This document shows, piece after piece, positions 28,114-39,029 of a stretch of 61,106 bases of DNA. Under the pieces are notes generated by a model. That model was given only the letters and a program-made list of their open reading frames with translations. It had not been told where the DNA came from and did no database searches. Position 1 is the first letter of the stretch. Every line of letters starts with the position of its first letter. A program made the translations under genes and the position numbers. Origin of the DNA: a virus (Duplodnaviria > Caudoviricetes); the IMG/VR virus record IMGVR_UViG_3300021335_000016, positions 1 to 61,106 of that record; one strand, written 5' to 3'.

Positions 28114-29316
28114 TCAAAAAGTTCCACCGTCAATCGTATCAATGCTAACTAGTCCTGTTACAGTTACATCAAAATTATTGCTATCAAACTGTGCTACACC
28201 AACACTATCAACTGATGCAATAGGGACTTCAAAGTCAATAGTTCCATCTGCATCCTGATATGTTACAGTTATATTTGTCTCAGTATTTCCTGAGACCATA
28301 GCTCCAACAATATCTTGTACAGCTTCATCTTTTAGACTTGCTTGACCACCACTAAAGTCAAAATCATTACTATCTAAAAAGTCAGATAGTGCGCTATCAC
28401 TAAATGTGATGGAACTGATTACAGCAGAATCAATCGTTAAATTTGTTATATCTGCATTGGCAAGAGTGGTTTGTCCAGTAACTGTTAAATCTACAATTGT
28501 AGCAGAATCGGTAACATTCAAAGTTACCAAATCAGTATTGCCTGTTACATTAAGATCAGCAATTGTTGCTGAATCTGTAACAATTAAATTAGTAATATTT
28601 ACTTGTGTAGAAACTACATTATCAATATAAGCAGAATCTACATCAATTGCTCGATTAAAGTCCCAACGGTCTGTAGTGCCATTGTAAGTAATACTAGGTG
28701 AGGCTGCACCAAATACTGCATTGGCAGTATCAGAGAAAACAATAATACCAGCACCATCAAACTCAATAGGTGCTGTTCCTGCACTATCACCTAAGATTAA
28801 TGCAAGGTCATTGATAGTTACTTCAGTAGAGTTTACAGTAGTAGTTGTTCCATCTACCCTCAGATTACCTTTAATAATTACCGTACCAGAGTCATTAGTT
28901 GGATACGGGTTAATGATTAAAGTCTCTTCACCTGAAATTGTTCTGATTTCATTAGATTCAAATTCAAGATTGCCAATAGAAATGATTCCAGTGGCAGGAT
29001 TAAAAACAAGATTACCAGAACTTGTAGAAATTACATTACTGTCTAAAGTTAATACATCAACCTTTAATTGGTCTACTTTGCTATTAGCATCTGTAATAAT
29101 TGCAGAAGATGGAGTAAGAGTACCAGGAGTGTGATCTAGGAAATTGGTAAAATATTCACCACCGATTACTAGAATATTAGAGGAATCACCTATGAATAAT
29201 CGTTGACCGTCGTTATTAACAGTTCCATTACCGAAAGCATATGCAAGTTCACCTCTAGATAAACTTGATGGTTTTCCGTCACTGTCTGAACGTTTTATAA
29301 GAATAATGGCAGACAT
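28114..29316 (-). CDS. Short fibre-like virion protein (400 aa)
   Basis: N-terminal ILIKRS...PSSLSRGELAY; GNLRVDGTTTTVNST; EAVQDIVGAMVSGNTETNITVTYQD; ends IDGGTF. Confidence 0.75.
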   Translation of the reverse strand: MSAIILIKRSDSDGKPSSLSRGELAYAFGNGTVNNDGQRLFIGDSSNILVIGGEYFTNFLDHTPGTLTPSSAIITDANSKVDQLKVDVLTLDSNVISTSSGNLVFNPATGIISIGNLEFESNEIRTISGEETLIINPYPTNDSGTVIIKGNLRVDGTTTTVNSTEVTINDLALILGDSAGTAPIEFDGAGIIVFSDTANAVFGAASPSITYNGTTDRWDFNRAIDVDSAYIDNVVSTQVNITNLIVTDSATIADLNVTGNTDLVTLNVTDSATIVDLTVTGQTTLANADITNLTIDSAVISSITFSDSALSDFLDSNDFDFSGGQASLKDEAVQDIVGAMVSGNTETNITVTYQDADGTIDFEVPIASVDSVGVAQFDSNNFDVTVTGLVSIDTIDGGTF

Positions 29317-29634
29317 TTAGTATTCGCCTCCATCAATCTTTTGTACTTGATCGGGCCTATCGTTTCTTCCTAATGTTGTAGTAGCTTCAAATAAATTTGT
29401 AGATTTATTAAAAACTAATATTGCTCCATCTTGCACATTAGTTGTAATTCCACCCAAGATTAGGCCATCACTATCGGTAACATCATTTAAGTCTCTAAGA
29501 AGACCACCCCTTACATCAGTAAGTGCAATTGGTTTTTTAACAACAATCTTTTCAACTATTGTTGTGTTACGATATTCTATCTTGACTTTATGAGTATCTT
29601 TATTCCTCTTTAGCTCACTTACATAGGTAGCCAT
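29317..29634 (-). CDS. Small virion-associated protein
   Basis: LRDLNDV..DGAILVFN...F and a C-terminal IDGGEY resembling the neighbour's IDGGTF. Confidence 0.6.
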   Translation of the reverse strand: MATYVSELKRNKDTHKVKIEYRNTTIVEKIVVKKPIALTDVRGGLLRDLNDVTDSDGLILGGITTNVQDGAILVFNKSTNLFEATTTLGRNDRPDQVQKIDGGEY

Positions 29635-29642
29635 AGTTTAAC

Positions 29643-29996
29643 TCATCTTGTCACAGAAGGTGTTACATTTAATTTACCTTCTAAAATTCTTTCTACAACA
29701 TCTTCATCTTCACCAGAGACCAATTCAATGTCATAAACATATCTTCCAGCTTTCATTGTGTCTGAAGTAGCACTGGAAATTGTAATTAAAGCTATACCAC
29801 CTTCAGGGGGAGATGCAACTGATACATTAGTGAAATCAAAAATTTGATCACTATCAGTAGTGTCATAGTTCTTTTTAATTTTTCCTCTCAAGGCATGGCC
29901 AGTTAAGTCTTTTGAACTACCATCTTGGTTTTTAAGATGTAATTCAATAGTAATATCTGATCCTTGGTCGATTACAAAATCTCTTTGCTGAGCCAT
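29643..29996 (-). CDS. Conserved T4-like virion protein (Ig-like/BppU-like)
   Basis: IDQGSD...DLTG...AGRYVYDIE....RILEG...TPSVT. Confidence 0.65.
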   Translation of the reverse strand: MAQQRDFVIDQGSDITIELHLKNQDGSSKDLTGHALRGKIKKNYDTTDSDQIFDFTNVSVASPPEGGIALITISSATSDTMKAGRYVYDIELVSGEDEDVVERILEGKLNVTPSVTR

Positions 29997-30024
29997 GATT
30001 TCCCCTGAAAACGCATTTTCTTAT

Positions 30025-30032
30025 TATTTATA
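30025..30032 (-). promoter_or_regulatory. T4 late promoter TATAAATA
   Basis: Exact match 29 nt upstream of the start at 29996. Confidence 0.75.
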
Positions 30033-30267
30033 CTTTAGAATCAATCAAGTGTTTTAGAAGTTCTTTCATTTCTTTTACATCATTTTTTAATTCTTCATTC
30101 TCAGACTTTAGTTGATGAATGATTTCTTTTTCTTTTTGTTGTTCAACTGCCAAACGTTTTCTTCGCTTGGCAGCTTCTAATCCATTTTTATCAATATTAA
30201 GAACAACCCCTGTTCTGTCTTTTACGAGATTGGGGTTGCCCTCAACTTTTACATAATCATCAGACAT
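30028..30267 (-). CDS. Conserved small coiled-coil hypothetical protein
   Basis: YVKVEGNPNLVKD..GVVLN followed by a coiled coil; follows the VrlC-like gene. Confidence 0.7.
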   Translation of the reverse strand: MSDDYVKVEGNPNLVKDRTGVVLNIDKNGLEAAKRRKRLAVEQQKEKEIIHQLKSENEELKNDVKEMKELLKHLIDSKV

Positions 30268-30270
30268 TCA

Positions 30271-33200
30271 TTATGTTCCTAGTGCAATTGCTCTCAAGTC
30301 TTTAATTCTAGGCACCCTAGAAGAGTTTTGAGACCTAAACACAATCTTCAATTGGAAAGTAGAGAATGGTGTCAATGTCCCTTCTGTACCACCAATAGTG
30401 TATTCATATTGCCTAAAGATACTTCTATTATCATCGGTCTGAATACTGGTATCTTCTGTCGCCAGAATAAACTTAACAGTCTCAATATCCGTATCAGAAC
30501 CTGCTGGTAATGTTCTGTAGTAAAGGTCAATAAACGAATTTGTAGGTCTATTTGCTCCAAGCAGGACTTTCAAGCCAACAGCAGGTTCAGCGAGATTGAT
30601 AGGAATAGTGATATGTTTAGACAAGGAAGAACCAGAGTTTGCTGCACTGTCTGCTACAAAATCAATAGGATTGTTAAATGTAACATTAGGTTCAGCAGCA
30701 AGGTCAGAATCAGCAGTCTGATTATCAATCAAGTTACTAACAGAAGAAACAGATAACGTTTGCAAGTCAATCACAGGAGAAATGTAAGTATCACTAGTAG
30801 AAAGTGCAGAAGTAAATTTAGCAGATGTTCTAGTAATCGAAGGTTCAGCTGCTTCAATTCTAGCAGATGCAATAACTCTTGGTGATTCAAATCTAGTCAA
30901 CTCATATGGTGTAATACTAACTGGATCTAGTGATCCATATGCAGCATTGGTAAGGTTATTGGCAGTAACCAAAGAAACACCACTTGTAAGTTCAGCTGTT
31001 GTGCTAAGGGTAGTAGTATTAGCAGGTAAGAAAGAGTTTAAGTTCAGAAGAATTTCATCCATCAGAACGTTTCTTTCTGTTTCTACAGAAGCCCCTCCTA
31101 CCAAAGAAGTTTCTGTTGCAGCAGAATCTACAGTGATTTGGAATGACTTACCATCTACTTTCTTAACAGTTTGTACACCCATGATTGTACTACCTAAGAT
31201 ACCACCATATCTTGTAGCAGAGTCTAACCCAGAGATTAGAACTGGATCATTCTTTACAAAACCAGAGTTTGGTAGCAAAATAACAATATCATTGTCACCA
31301 CTATCTGTGGAAATTGGATTGATTCCAGGATTGACAGTTGGAACTGCTCTATTCTCAAATATAGCTGTACCACTTGAGGTAAAGTCTGCTCTATTAACTC
31401 TAAACATCATATCTCTAAACTGATCTGGTGTCCACGTAATAGCATTTTGAGACATAAAGAACGAACCAAGAGAAGGTTGCTTTCTGACTCTTTGTGAAGT
31501 ATCATTAATAATGTATTCGCCAATTTTAGAAACATAAACATTATAGTTTTGTGTATTAGCAATCAAAACAAGGGCATACTCAGTGTTGCCCTGTAAGTAA
31601 ACAGGAGCATCGAATTCAAACTTTGTAGGATTGTTGCGAATCTCAGCAATAGTTGTATCATTTTTTAAAGGTGTAACCGAAACTTCAATAGGTGTCAAAG
31701 TCTTTACTGCGCCAGGAACTATGGTATTTTGTGAAGGAACACCACTTTCTACAGGTCTAATTTCTAGTGTGATAGGAGTATTATCTTCTGGATCATTTTC
31801 TCCAAGTGAATTTATTGAATTTGGAGTAGTCGCAAAGAATACTTCAATACTTGTGATAAATCCACCATTAGCATTTTGAATTTGGAAAGACTGTGCAATT
31901 GGTTCTTTAGGAACTACGAAAGTTTGTGTTGATTCTGTAGTGGTTGATGAAGAAAATGTTAAATTAATAACAGAAGCATCAATACCAAGAGCAGAATAGT
32001 TTGCAGACGCAGAAGAACTAGACGCAGTTTCATTGTAATTTGCAGCTGTCTGATCAATATCCATGATCGCAACTCTTCTGTCACCTACATCAAATTTCAA
32101 TGCGTCATTATTTGGAATAAAGAATGACCCTTCAATCTCACCAAAATCACCAGTGACAAGTGTAGTTGAAGATTGCGGGTGTGAAGTTGCTTCAAGATAT
32201 TGACCATCAGTAAAGTCATTTAAATCAGCACTATCTGAGAATCTAAAGAAGTCTTCTTCTCTTACAAAGTCTTTAATTGGTGTTCTATCAAAGTATAAGA
32301 AGTGTTCTCTGTTTGGGGCAAGTCCTTCTGCCCTAAAGAATACCTTTCTAGAACGAATAAACGGAAGAAGTGATAAATCAACAACAATTGATCCAAAAAT
32401 ACCTCTAACTGTTCTAGTTGTCGTTACTCTTCTAACTCTAATTGCGTTACCGCCTGTGGTTATTGATGGAATAAAGTCAACTTGTTCACCAACTGTCCGA
32501 CTTGAACTTGAAGTGGTAAAGTTAAAGTCATTAATAACATCACCGACACCAATAGTGAGGTTTTCAGCACCCAAGTCAGCCGCAGTGATGAATTCACTAG
32601 GTCTAATAAGACTTTCAATTAATCGTCTTCTTGCCGCCTCATCATTACGGAATGATGCTCTATTTGCTCGCTGAGAACCTACAACTGTCAATTCTCTCCA
32701 CTCATCTCTTTGTGGAGAAAGTGTCAAAGTTCCATTGTAAAGAATAATATCAAATGGGTTTACGTTTTCAGTTTCAGTAGCTACATTTTGGTCAATTTCA
32801 TTTACTTCTGAATAATTCAAGAAAAGTAAATCACCTTTTTGAATTGTATCGGTACTAATAGCACTATCATATCCAAGACGCACGTTATTCTGTGCACCAA
32901 GTGGCATAATAGTATTCTCATCAATATCTAATCCAGCAGAATATTGCTCAGAGAAAATATCAGAGAATATAAAGTCTTTGAAGTTATCAGCAAAGAAACC
33001 ATTCTTAAATCTGTTATTACCATTTGCATCTAATACTTCAAGCGTAGATGTTTCAAGTTCTAACAGGTTAAGTGAAACAACTTCTTCTAAATTATTAATT
33101 CTATCAACAATACCACCAATATCTTCCATAGTGTATCTGCGATTATTAACAATTGTAGCATTTAAATCTGATACATCATCAGTGTATGGATTCAAGGTGA

Positions 33201-35517
33201 AGTTTGCCAACTCCATTGCATTAGATGAAACATCAGGTTTCTTTGGGTTTGAACCTGGAGTTCCTTCAATGTAGTTTAATGCACCCTCAGATGTTGCAAC
33301 CAAAACATCTTTTCTAGACTGGTAATAACTAATATCTGCTGAGATAATATCAGTATTAGATGGGAGTTCATGAACATAAGCCTCACCATTACTAAAAGTA
33401 CCACTAGCATCCTTCTTGCTTCTAAAGTCAAGAACATTTCTTAGTTCAACTTCTGCACCATTGCGCAATCTATAAGTTGGAATATCTTCATAGTCAACAG
33501 CATTTGGGTATGAGTTCACAGAAAAGAAGTTTCCTGTTGCACCATGCTCAAAGTGCTTATAGTGTACTGTTGTAGAAGTTGGAATAGACTGCCCACTTCT
33601 AAGAATTACCCTACCTCTATCATAGAAGTTGTCTCTTTGACCATTATCTGTAATAAATCTACTAGAAATACTATTACCAGATGCATCAGCAATAGAGTCA
33701 AAACTATAAATGTCATAGTCCTGTAAGGTAAAGAATCTAAGTCCAGAACCATCACTTTCAACATCAGTAGTATTGTTAAAAGTTTGAGTAAGTGTGGCAG
33801 ATAAAGTTTTTTGTCTTTCACCCGTCCCTGATAAACTTACTGAAACATATCCCAAAATTTGGTAAGGTTCATCTGTCGGTAGTCCAGTATATGCAACTTC
33901 TGAACCCGTTGGAGTTCCAGTTAATGTTGGAGTTGTGGATATAATATTACCATCACTTACTTTTGCAATAATCCAACCTGTAACATTCGTACCAGTACCG
34001 TTTTCTAGGTCTGAAGCATTCAGAGTTATATTGCCACCACTAGCAGTTTTTGTAAAATTTTTCTGCACAGTGAGAGAATTTACAGTTACACCAGTACCCT
34101 TTTCAGGTCTAATTCTAGGTAATGCAAAAAATACGTTATTGTTATTTGCTTCTTTGATTACAGCAATATTGTTTTCTAATACTAGATTAGCATAGTTATC
34201 GGAGTCTAACCCAATACTAACTGTATTTCTGAAGTTATTGGAACCAGTCATTTGAACATCAAAAATATGGTATCTATAGTTAGCACCATCTTCTAAAACA
34301 TTTCTAATACTAGCTGTTCCTAAAATCTTAGAGTCATGGATAGCTTCTCCAGAATCACTATAAAGATTCCACCGTTCAAGTTCACTAACATTTGGTAGAC
34401 CTTTAATGTCATTTGATATAATATAATGCCCATAGTTAGCAACAATATTTTCATTTTCTAATGGAACAGTAGTAGTCTTTGATCTATTAACATCAATGAG
34501 AGTATTTTGTGGTCTAGAAACTCTATAACCATTTACATATGCAGTACCAGAAGAAACATCTAATGTAAATTTGTCTGCATCTTTTGCTTTAAACTTAGGG
34601 ACAAAACTTTTTACAGTATAGTTTCCAGACTCTTCAAAGGTGCGAGTTGCTAATTCTTTACCAATCACACTATAGGTATTTTCATCAATTTCTCTTTGAA
34701 CAACACCATTAATCAATCTATTGGTAATAATAAAGTTTGTATCAGAGTCAATAATAGATTCACTTTGAGCAGCTAGTGTGAGAGTAATTCTATATCTGTC
34801 AGCACCCGGTGCAGTTTCGTTAGGAAGAACGTTTTGATTGTCATAAAGTGCGTTAGTATCATCTACAGTGACAATATCCTCTGTAATCAGAAATCCAACA
34901 TTAGTGGTAGGATCATTTTCATATTTTGAAATGATTTTGCTTTGTGCCTGTGTCTGCACAAAAAGACCACGGATAAAATATGCACCATCATTAACAGCGA
35001 TTTTAAATCCCTTGCCAGTTACAGCTGGATCATTTCCAATGGAGGGTTTGAGAGACACTGGGTTAGTTCCACCACTACTACTTGTATTTGTTAATGTATC
35101 TCCAATTGAAAAGGTAACAGGATCTGCGCCGGAGGTAGCATTTCCCTGATCAATATAGTCAACATAGACAGTTGCAGGATCAGAACCAGTTTTTGCAATA
35201 AAGTCAATTACTCTTGCTCTAATTCCATCACCATTTTCTAAGATATCCCCAACATAAAGTGTTGGAGTACCTTGAAGTCTTACATATTGAATTTCATTGT
35301 CAGTGACTAAGCCACCCGGAATTACAACAGAGCCTTCTCTGAAGATATTTCTACCAAAGCGTTCCATCTGCTTTTGAATGATGGTCTGCATTTGGGTGAG
35401 TTCTCTCGCCTGCAGCGCTCTACCAGAGTTAAATAGAATTCGCTGATAATTATCACCTTCACTAAAATCGTCCTTATAGGTGGACGAAAAAGTATTTTCA
35501 TTTTTTGTTACTGCCAT
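30271..35517 (-). CDS. Large baseplate-associated structural protein (VrlC/DUF4815-like, 1748 aa)
   Basis: YKDDF....YQRILF.SGRALQARELTQMQT, APGADRY, LATRTFEESGNY, DNGQRDNFYD, RRYTMEDIG, RFKNGFFADNF, PIAQSF, VPRIKDLRAIAL. Confidence 0.88.
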   Translation of the reverse strand: MAVTKNENTFSSTYKDDFSEGDNYQRILFNSGRALQARELTQMQTIIQKQMERFGRNIFREGSVVIPGGLVTDNEIQYVRLQGTPTLYVGDILENGDGIRARVIDFIAKTGSDPATVYVDYIDQGNATSGADPVTFSIGDTLTNTSSSGGTNPVSLKPSIGNDPAVTGKGFKIAVNDGAYFIRGLFVQTQAQSKIISKYENDPTTNVGFLITEDIVTVDDTNALYDNQNVLPNETAPGADRYRITLTLAAQSESIIDSDTNFIITNRLINGVVQREIDENTYSVIGKELATRTFEESGNYTVKSFVPKFKAKDADKFTLDVSSGTAYVNGYRVSRPQNTLIDVNRSKTTTVPLENENIVANYGHYIISNDIKGLPNVSELERWNLYSDSGEAIHDSKILGTASIRNVLEDGANYRYHIFDVQMTGSNNFRNTVSIGLDSDNYANLVLENNIAVIKEANNNNVFFALPRIRPEKGTGVTVNSLTVQKNFTKTASGGNITLNASDLENGTGTNVTGWIIAKVSDGNIISTTPTLTGTPTGSEVAYTGLPTDEPYQILGYVSVSLSGTGERQKTLSATLTQTFNNTTDVESDGSGLRFFTLQDYDIYSFDSIADASGNSISSRFITDNGQRDNFYDRGRVILRSGQSIPTSTTVHYKHFEHGATGNFFSVNSYPNAVDYEDIPTYRLRNGAEVELRNVLDFRSKKDASGTFSNGEAYVHELPSNTDIISADISYYQSRKDVLVATSEGALNYIEGTPGSNPKKPDVSSNAMELANFTLNPYTDDVSDLNATIVNNRRYTMEDIGGIVDRINNLEEVVSLNLLELETSTLEVLDANGNNRFKNGFFADNFKDFIFSDIFSEQYSAGLDIDENTIMPLGAQNNVRLGYDSAISTDTIQKGDLLFLNYSEVNEIDQNVATETENVNPFDIILYNGTLTLSPQRDEWRELTVVGSQRANRASFRNDEAARRRLIESLIRPSEFITAADLGAENLTIGVGDVINDFNFTTSSSSRTVGEQVDFIPSITTGGNAIRVRRVTTTRTVRGIFGSIVVDLSLLPFIRSRKVFFRAEGLAPNREHFLYFDRTPIKDFVREEDFFRFSDSADLNDFTDGQYLEATSHPQSSTTLVTGDFGEIEGSFFIPNNDALKFDVGDRRVAIMDIDQTAANYNETASSSSASANYSALGIDASVINLTFSSSTTTESTQTFVVPKEPIAQSFQIQNANGGFITSIEVFFATTPNSINSLGENDPEDNTPITLEIRPVESGVPSQNTIVPGAVKTLTPIEVSVTPLKNDTTIAEIRNNPTKFEFDAPVYLQGNTEYALVLIANTQNYNVYVSKIGEYIINDTSQRVRKQPSLGSFFMSQNAITWTPDQFRDMMFRVNRADFTSSGTAIFENRAVPTVNPGINPISTDSGDNDIVILLPNSGFVKNDPVLISGLDSATRYGGILGSTIMGVQTVKKVDGKSFQITVDSAATETSLVGGASVETERNVLMDEILLNLNSFLPANTTTLSTTAELTSGVSLVTANNLTNAAYGSLDPVSITPYELTRFESPRVIASARIEAAEPSITRTSAKFTSALSTSDTYISPVIDLQTLSVSSVSNLIDNQTADSDLAAEPNVTFNNPIDFVADSAANSGSSLSKHITIPINLAEPAVGLKVLLGANRPTNSFIDLYYRTLPAGSDTDIETVKFILATEDTSIQTDDNRSIFRQYEYTIGGTEGTLTPFSTFQLKIVFRSQNSSRVPRIKDLRAIALGT

Positions 35518-35533
35518 TTCTATCTAACCTTTA

Positions 35534-36940
35534 TTAAAACTGAATGGTAATTTTAATGTCTTCTGTTCCTGCTGTGGTTCTTTCAACAGCAGCTCTACTC
35601 TCTACATATAATAAGTCTCCAGAAAATGGATCAACTTCACCATCAGAATCTGAAACAATTGTTCCATTATTATCAGGGGCTGCTGAGTCTAGTAAAAGTT
35701 GCCCTTCGACAGTAAACGGCACAAATCCTGTATTCTCATTTTGGTGATATAAGAATGTGGCATCTGTACCTGCAACTATTGTAGTATTTTTATCTACATA
35801 TGCTCTTGCTTTTGGTTCAGTACCACCTTGAGAAATTATACGATCTACTGCAATATCATCAAGATTCGCGCCGCGATCAACTGTAAGAATTCTTAATGCA
35901 CTTCCTGTAGTTGCAGTAAAATCAGAATCTGCTGCTGACCGACTAGTGGGAATTTTTGGATTTTTCAAAATACCAACTTGTCTGAAGTCTGCACCTGTAC
36001 CTGTCAGGAAGTCTCCAGAACCTGCATCTCCTACAAGTTTAGAGTTGAACATAATAGAAGTTGATTTTAAATCATCTCTAGGGTCAGCACCAATACCACC
36101 TTTTGAGATGATAGGTTTTACTACAAGACCAGATCCACCACCACCACCGCTTGATGTAACAGATGCATGATCGTATCCAGCACCAAATGGGAAACCTCCA
36201 GCAGAATCATCAACATTAACTGCGATAACGGACCCACCTACAACTGTAGCCACTGCTCTTGCATTACTACCATTACCATTTACTGTGATAGTTGGTGCAG
36301 ATGTGTATCCAGTACCATTACTAGTTACACGATATCCAACAATCTGTCCAGCTGATGCTGCATCTTGGACATCCTTTTGAGACTGTCTAATGTTACTCAG
36401 TCCAGATGTTTCTGTAACCTTCTCAACAGGAATAAAGTTTGAGGTAGCAAATGCACTCAGTCTTGTAGCAGATTGCGTAAACAAGAACTTCCAAACATAT
36501 CCATCAGAAGTTTTTACAGGTGAAGTAGTTGTCCCTGTGGTATCTGGGTTTACAGTAGAAGTATTTGTATCACCAGTCAGAGCGTTCTTACCCTGTCTGA
36601 GACAAATATAGACACGGTTAGATTCAGTGATTACATAATACTGACCATTCTGTGCAGAAGTTTGATTATCTCTATAAGGTTGATAGATTGTGCCAGACGA
36701 CCAATTGTATCTCTTAGCAACAAAACTTACAGAAGCAATTTTTTGAATAGACTGTAGATTATCTCTAAAGTCTCTCTTGGTTGTTTCAATATCAGTAATA
36801 GATGTTGGAGCAGTGTCTGTCTCATTCCATGCATCAGACTTACCAATACCCAAATAGTAATTATTAGAGTCTGCTTGCAAATCTTCTATTAATTTTTCTA
36901 CTACTAATTGCTTAGTGTCTGTAGTTACTATTGCTACCAT
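35534..36940 (-). CDS. gp8: Baseplate wedge subunit
   Basis: YYLGIGKSDAW, RYNWSSGTIY, YYVIT...VYICL, DGYVWKFLF, FRQVGILKNP, SGDLLYVE.R...EDIKITIQF. Confidence 0.88.
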   Translation of the reverse strand: MVAIVTTDTKQLVVEKLIEDLQADSNNYYLGIGKSDAWNETDTAPTSITDIETTKRDFRDNLQSIQKIASVSFVAKRYNWSSGTIYQPYRDNQTSAQNGQYYVITESNRVYICLRQGKNALTGDTNTSTVNPDTTGTTTSPVKTSDGYVWKFLFTQSATRLSAFATSNFIPVEKVTETSGLSNIRQSQKDVQDAASAGQIVGYRVTSNGTGYTSAPTITVNGNGSNARAVATVVGGSVIAVNVDDSAGGFPFGAGYDHASVTSSGGGGGSGLVVKPIISKGGIGADPRDDLKSTSIMFNSKLVGDAGSGDFLTGTGADFRQVGILKNPKIPTSRSAADSDFTATTGSALRILTVDRGANLDDIAVDRIISQGGTEPKARAYVDKNTTIVAGTDATFLYHQNENTGFVPFTVEGQLLLDSAAPDNNGTIVSDSDGEVDPFSGDLLYVESRAAVERTTAGTEDIKITIQF

Positions 36941-36953
36941 TTCTTATCTCTTC

Positions 36954-37406
36954 TTATGTAATTACTACGTCGGTATCAGCTGAATCTTTATGACCAATCA
37001 GATACCAGTATGAACCCGCCCACACTGCTTGTGTAGAACCATATTGACTTAGTGCGAAGTTTGTTCCATTACCAAAATTTGTTGGAGTGATTGTTGCTAC
37101 AGCGGAGTTGATATTCAAAAAGATTTTATATTCACCAGTTGATGTACCATCACTAAGAGTTGCAGCAATTGTGCCAGACCCTTTATTAAAAACAATAAGT
37201 GTATCAGAATCATTTACTGTTGCACTTGCTGTGTTAATAGTTTGAGTAGCATAGGCAGCATTAATACCATTAGACGCAATACTGTTGCCCCCAAGAGTCG
37301 AATATAACTCGTTAAAGTTATCGTTGATCTTCTCTCCACCAGACCTCAGTGTGTCACCAGTGCCATCATTGGCATTTGTTCCAATATCTAAAGTTTGTTT
37401 TGCCAT
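36954..37406 (-). CDS. Baseplate wedge / tail-fibre connector, gp9/gp10-like (short)
   Basis: T4 gp9/gp10 N-terminal motif MAKQ.L.IG..ANDGTGDTLR.GG.KIN.NF.ELY. Confidence 0.8.
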   Translation of the reverse strand: MAKQTLDIGTNANDGTGDTLRSGGEKINDNFNELYSTLGGNSIASNGINAAYATQTINTASATVNDSDTLIVFNKGSGTIAATLSDGTSTGEYKIFLNINSAVATITPTNFGNGTNFALSQYGSTQAVWAGSYWYLIGHKDSADTDVVIT

Positions 37407-37438
37407 TTTACCTACTTACACATTGAATTGTTTAGTTA

Positions 37439-37446
37439 TATTTATA
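37439..37446 (-). promoter_or_regulatory. T4 late promoter TATAAATA
   Basis: Exact match 33 nt upstream of the start at 37406. Confidence 0.75.
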
Positions 37447-37454
37447 TGCATTAT

Positions 37455-39029
37455 TTAAGTTGAAGGTAATCCTGTCAACTGCGATATACGGTTAGACCTA
37501 TTCCTGAAAACTTCTACAGCAAAGTTAGCATTATTACCACCTGTCAAAGACCAATTACTATGGGGAGTGCCAGTCATAACATCGTAACTGCTATTGGCAT
37601 TGTTGTGGGTAAATGAAAATACAAGGGGTCTAGCCTTGTAAGTTTTATTGTAAAGTTGTTGGTTATCATAGTTGTAACCGGAACTATTAACCGTTCCAGT
37701 AGAAGTTGAAACTGTGGTTCCAAAAGCAGTTGTCGTGCCACCAATATACTGTGATATATTTTTACCTCTTACCGTAGCAGTAAAAATAAAATCATTATCT
37801 GCTACCCTTGCCACATTATTTGGAATTCCTTGATCTTCACAAGCAAAAATATAATCACGGAATACTGTTGGACCACTACTCCTTACTGCCAAGGTGGCTA
37901 CAACTTTTACATAATAAATGTCATCTAAAGGTGCTGTTCCTATTTGAAATAAATCTCTAATTTCTGTTACTCCAGCAGTGCAACTAAATCCTATTGTATT
38001 TTCTACAATAGTATCCCAAGTTGCATTGGAAGCAAAACCACTTGCCTGAGCATCGTTCCTCATGTTATTATTATCCAAGATTAAAGTGCCATCTGTAACA
38101 GCAGCATATGCAGCAAATACTCTTTCATACCCACCAACATTATTATTTGTAACCTGTAAATTCCCTACAATTTCCATTCCACTATCTGTAGAACGCATTT
38201 TTACAGAATTATTATGTTTGACAATTACTGGTGTATTTAATTGAGTAGTTGCAATGACACCTTGACCATTACCTGTGGGATCAAAATACATTTCAAAATC
38301 ATCGCCAGTCCCTAGTTTAATCTTAGAGTTGTCTGGCATATCAACGTGACCATTAACATTAGCATTACCAGGAATAGTAGCACCACCTGTTGCAACTACA
38401 TTACCCGTTACACTAACACCTGTACTAGTTGTGGCAACTTTAGCATTGCCGTTATAATATAAAGTAACTGCATTGTCTGGTTGAGCAGTAATCATTGTTT
38501 CAGTACCGTTTGCATTAAACACATTTAGTTGATTAGCTCGAATGTCTAAATTTGCACTACCAGTTTCTGAAATTACACTATTTCCACCGGAAGTGTGGTA
38601 AATCTGAAATTCAGCATTATCACCCATTTGAAGTCTAGCACCATCAGATAAATTTACATTAGTAGAAAATGACGCACTATCAGCAAAAGTTGTTGGACCT
38701 GCTACATTTAATGTTCCGGAAATTCCGGAAGTTGTCAATGTTCCTGAAGTTGTCAATGTCCCTGAAATTGTAGTATTACCATCAGAATCAATCTTAACAT
38801 TATTTGTTCCAACAAACTTGGAACCATTATAACGCAAAACAGAATTGTTTTCTTTTACACCAGCAGGCCAGACTGCCCATGATGTATTGAACATAGCACT
38901 ATCAACATTCTCAAACTGATTGTTAATTTTAAGACCAGCGCTTCTTAGAGTATCACCTGTGTTGTCGTTAGCAACCGTGCCTCTATTAAGAACGTTATCT
39001 GAGTCTAATACATCTAGTGTGCTTGCCAT
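37455..39029 (-). CDS. gp9/gp10-like anchor fused to a fibre shaft and an unknown C-terminal domain
   Basis: GTVANDNTGDTLRSAGLKIN motif; FQIYH and LYYNG...TTSTGV modules shared with the long fibre. Confidence 0.72.
   Translation of the reverse strand: MASTLDVLDSDNVLNRGTVANDNTGDTLRSAGLKINNQFENVDSAMFNTSWAVWPAGVKENNSVLRYNGSKFVGTNNVKIDSDGNTTISGTLTTSGTLTTSGISGTLNVAGPTTFADSASFSTNVNLSDGARLQMGDNAEFQIYHTSGGNSVISETGSANLDIRANQLNVFNANGTETMITAQPDNAVTLYYNGNAKVATTSTGVSVTGNVVATGGATIPGNANVNGHVDMPDNSKIKLGTGDDFEMYFDPTGNGQGVIATTQLNTPVIVKHNNSVKMRSTDSGMEIVGNLQVTNNNVGGYERVFAAYAAVTDGTLILDNNNMRNDAQASGFASNATWDTIVENTIGFSCTAGVTEIRDLFQIGTAPLDDIYYVKVVATLAVRSSGPTVFRDYIFACEDQGIPNNVARVADNDFIFTATVRGKNISQYIGGTTTAFGTTVSTSTGTVNSSGYNYDNQQLYNKTYKARPLVFSFTHNNANSSYDVMTGTPHSNWSLTGGNNANFAVEVFRNRSNRISQLTGLPST

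Larger units (their letters stand above)
19876..28697. repeat. 44-bp identical sequence shared by two different fibre genes (19876-19919 and 28654-28697)
   Basis: attaaagtcccaacggtctgtagtgccattgtaagtaatactag, encoding SITYNGTTDRWDFN, at both sites. Confidence 0.9.

Noticed and set aside
38710-38770. 18-bp tandem repeat encoding SGTLTT in the gp9/10-like fibre
   Set aside because: Real but only about two copies, in frame, and typical of beta-repeat fibre shafts. No evidence of phase variation.
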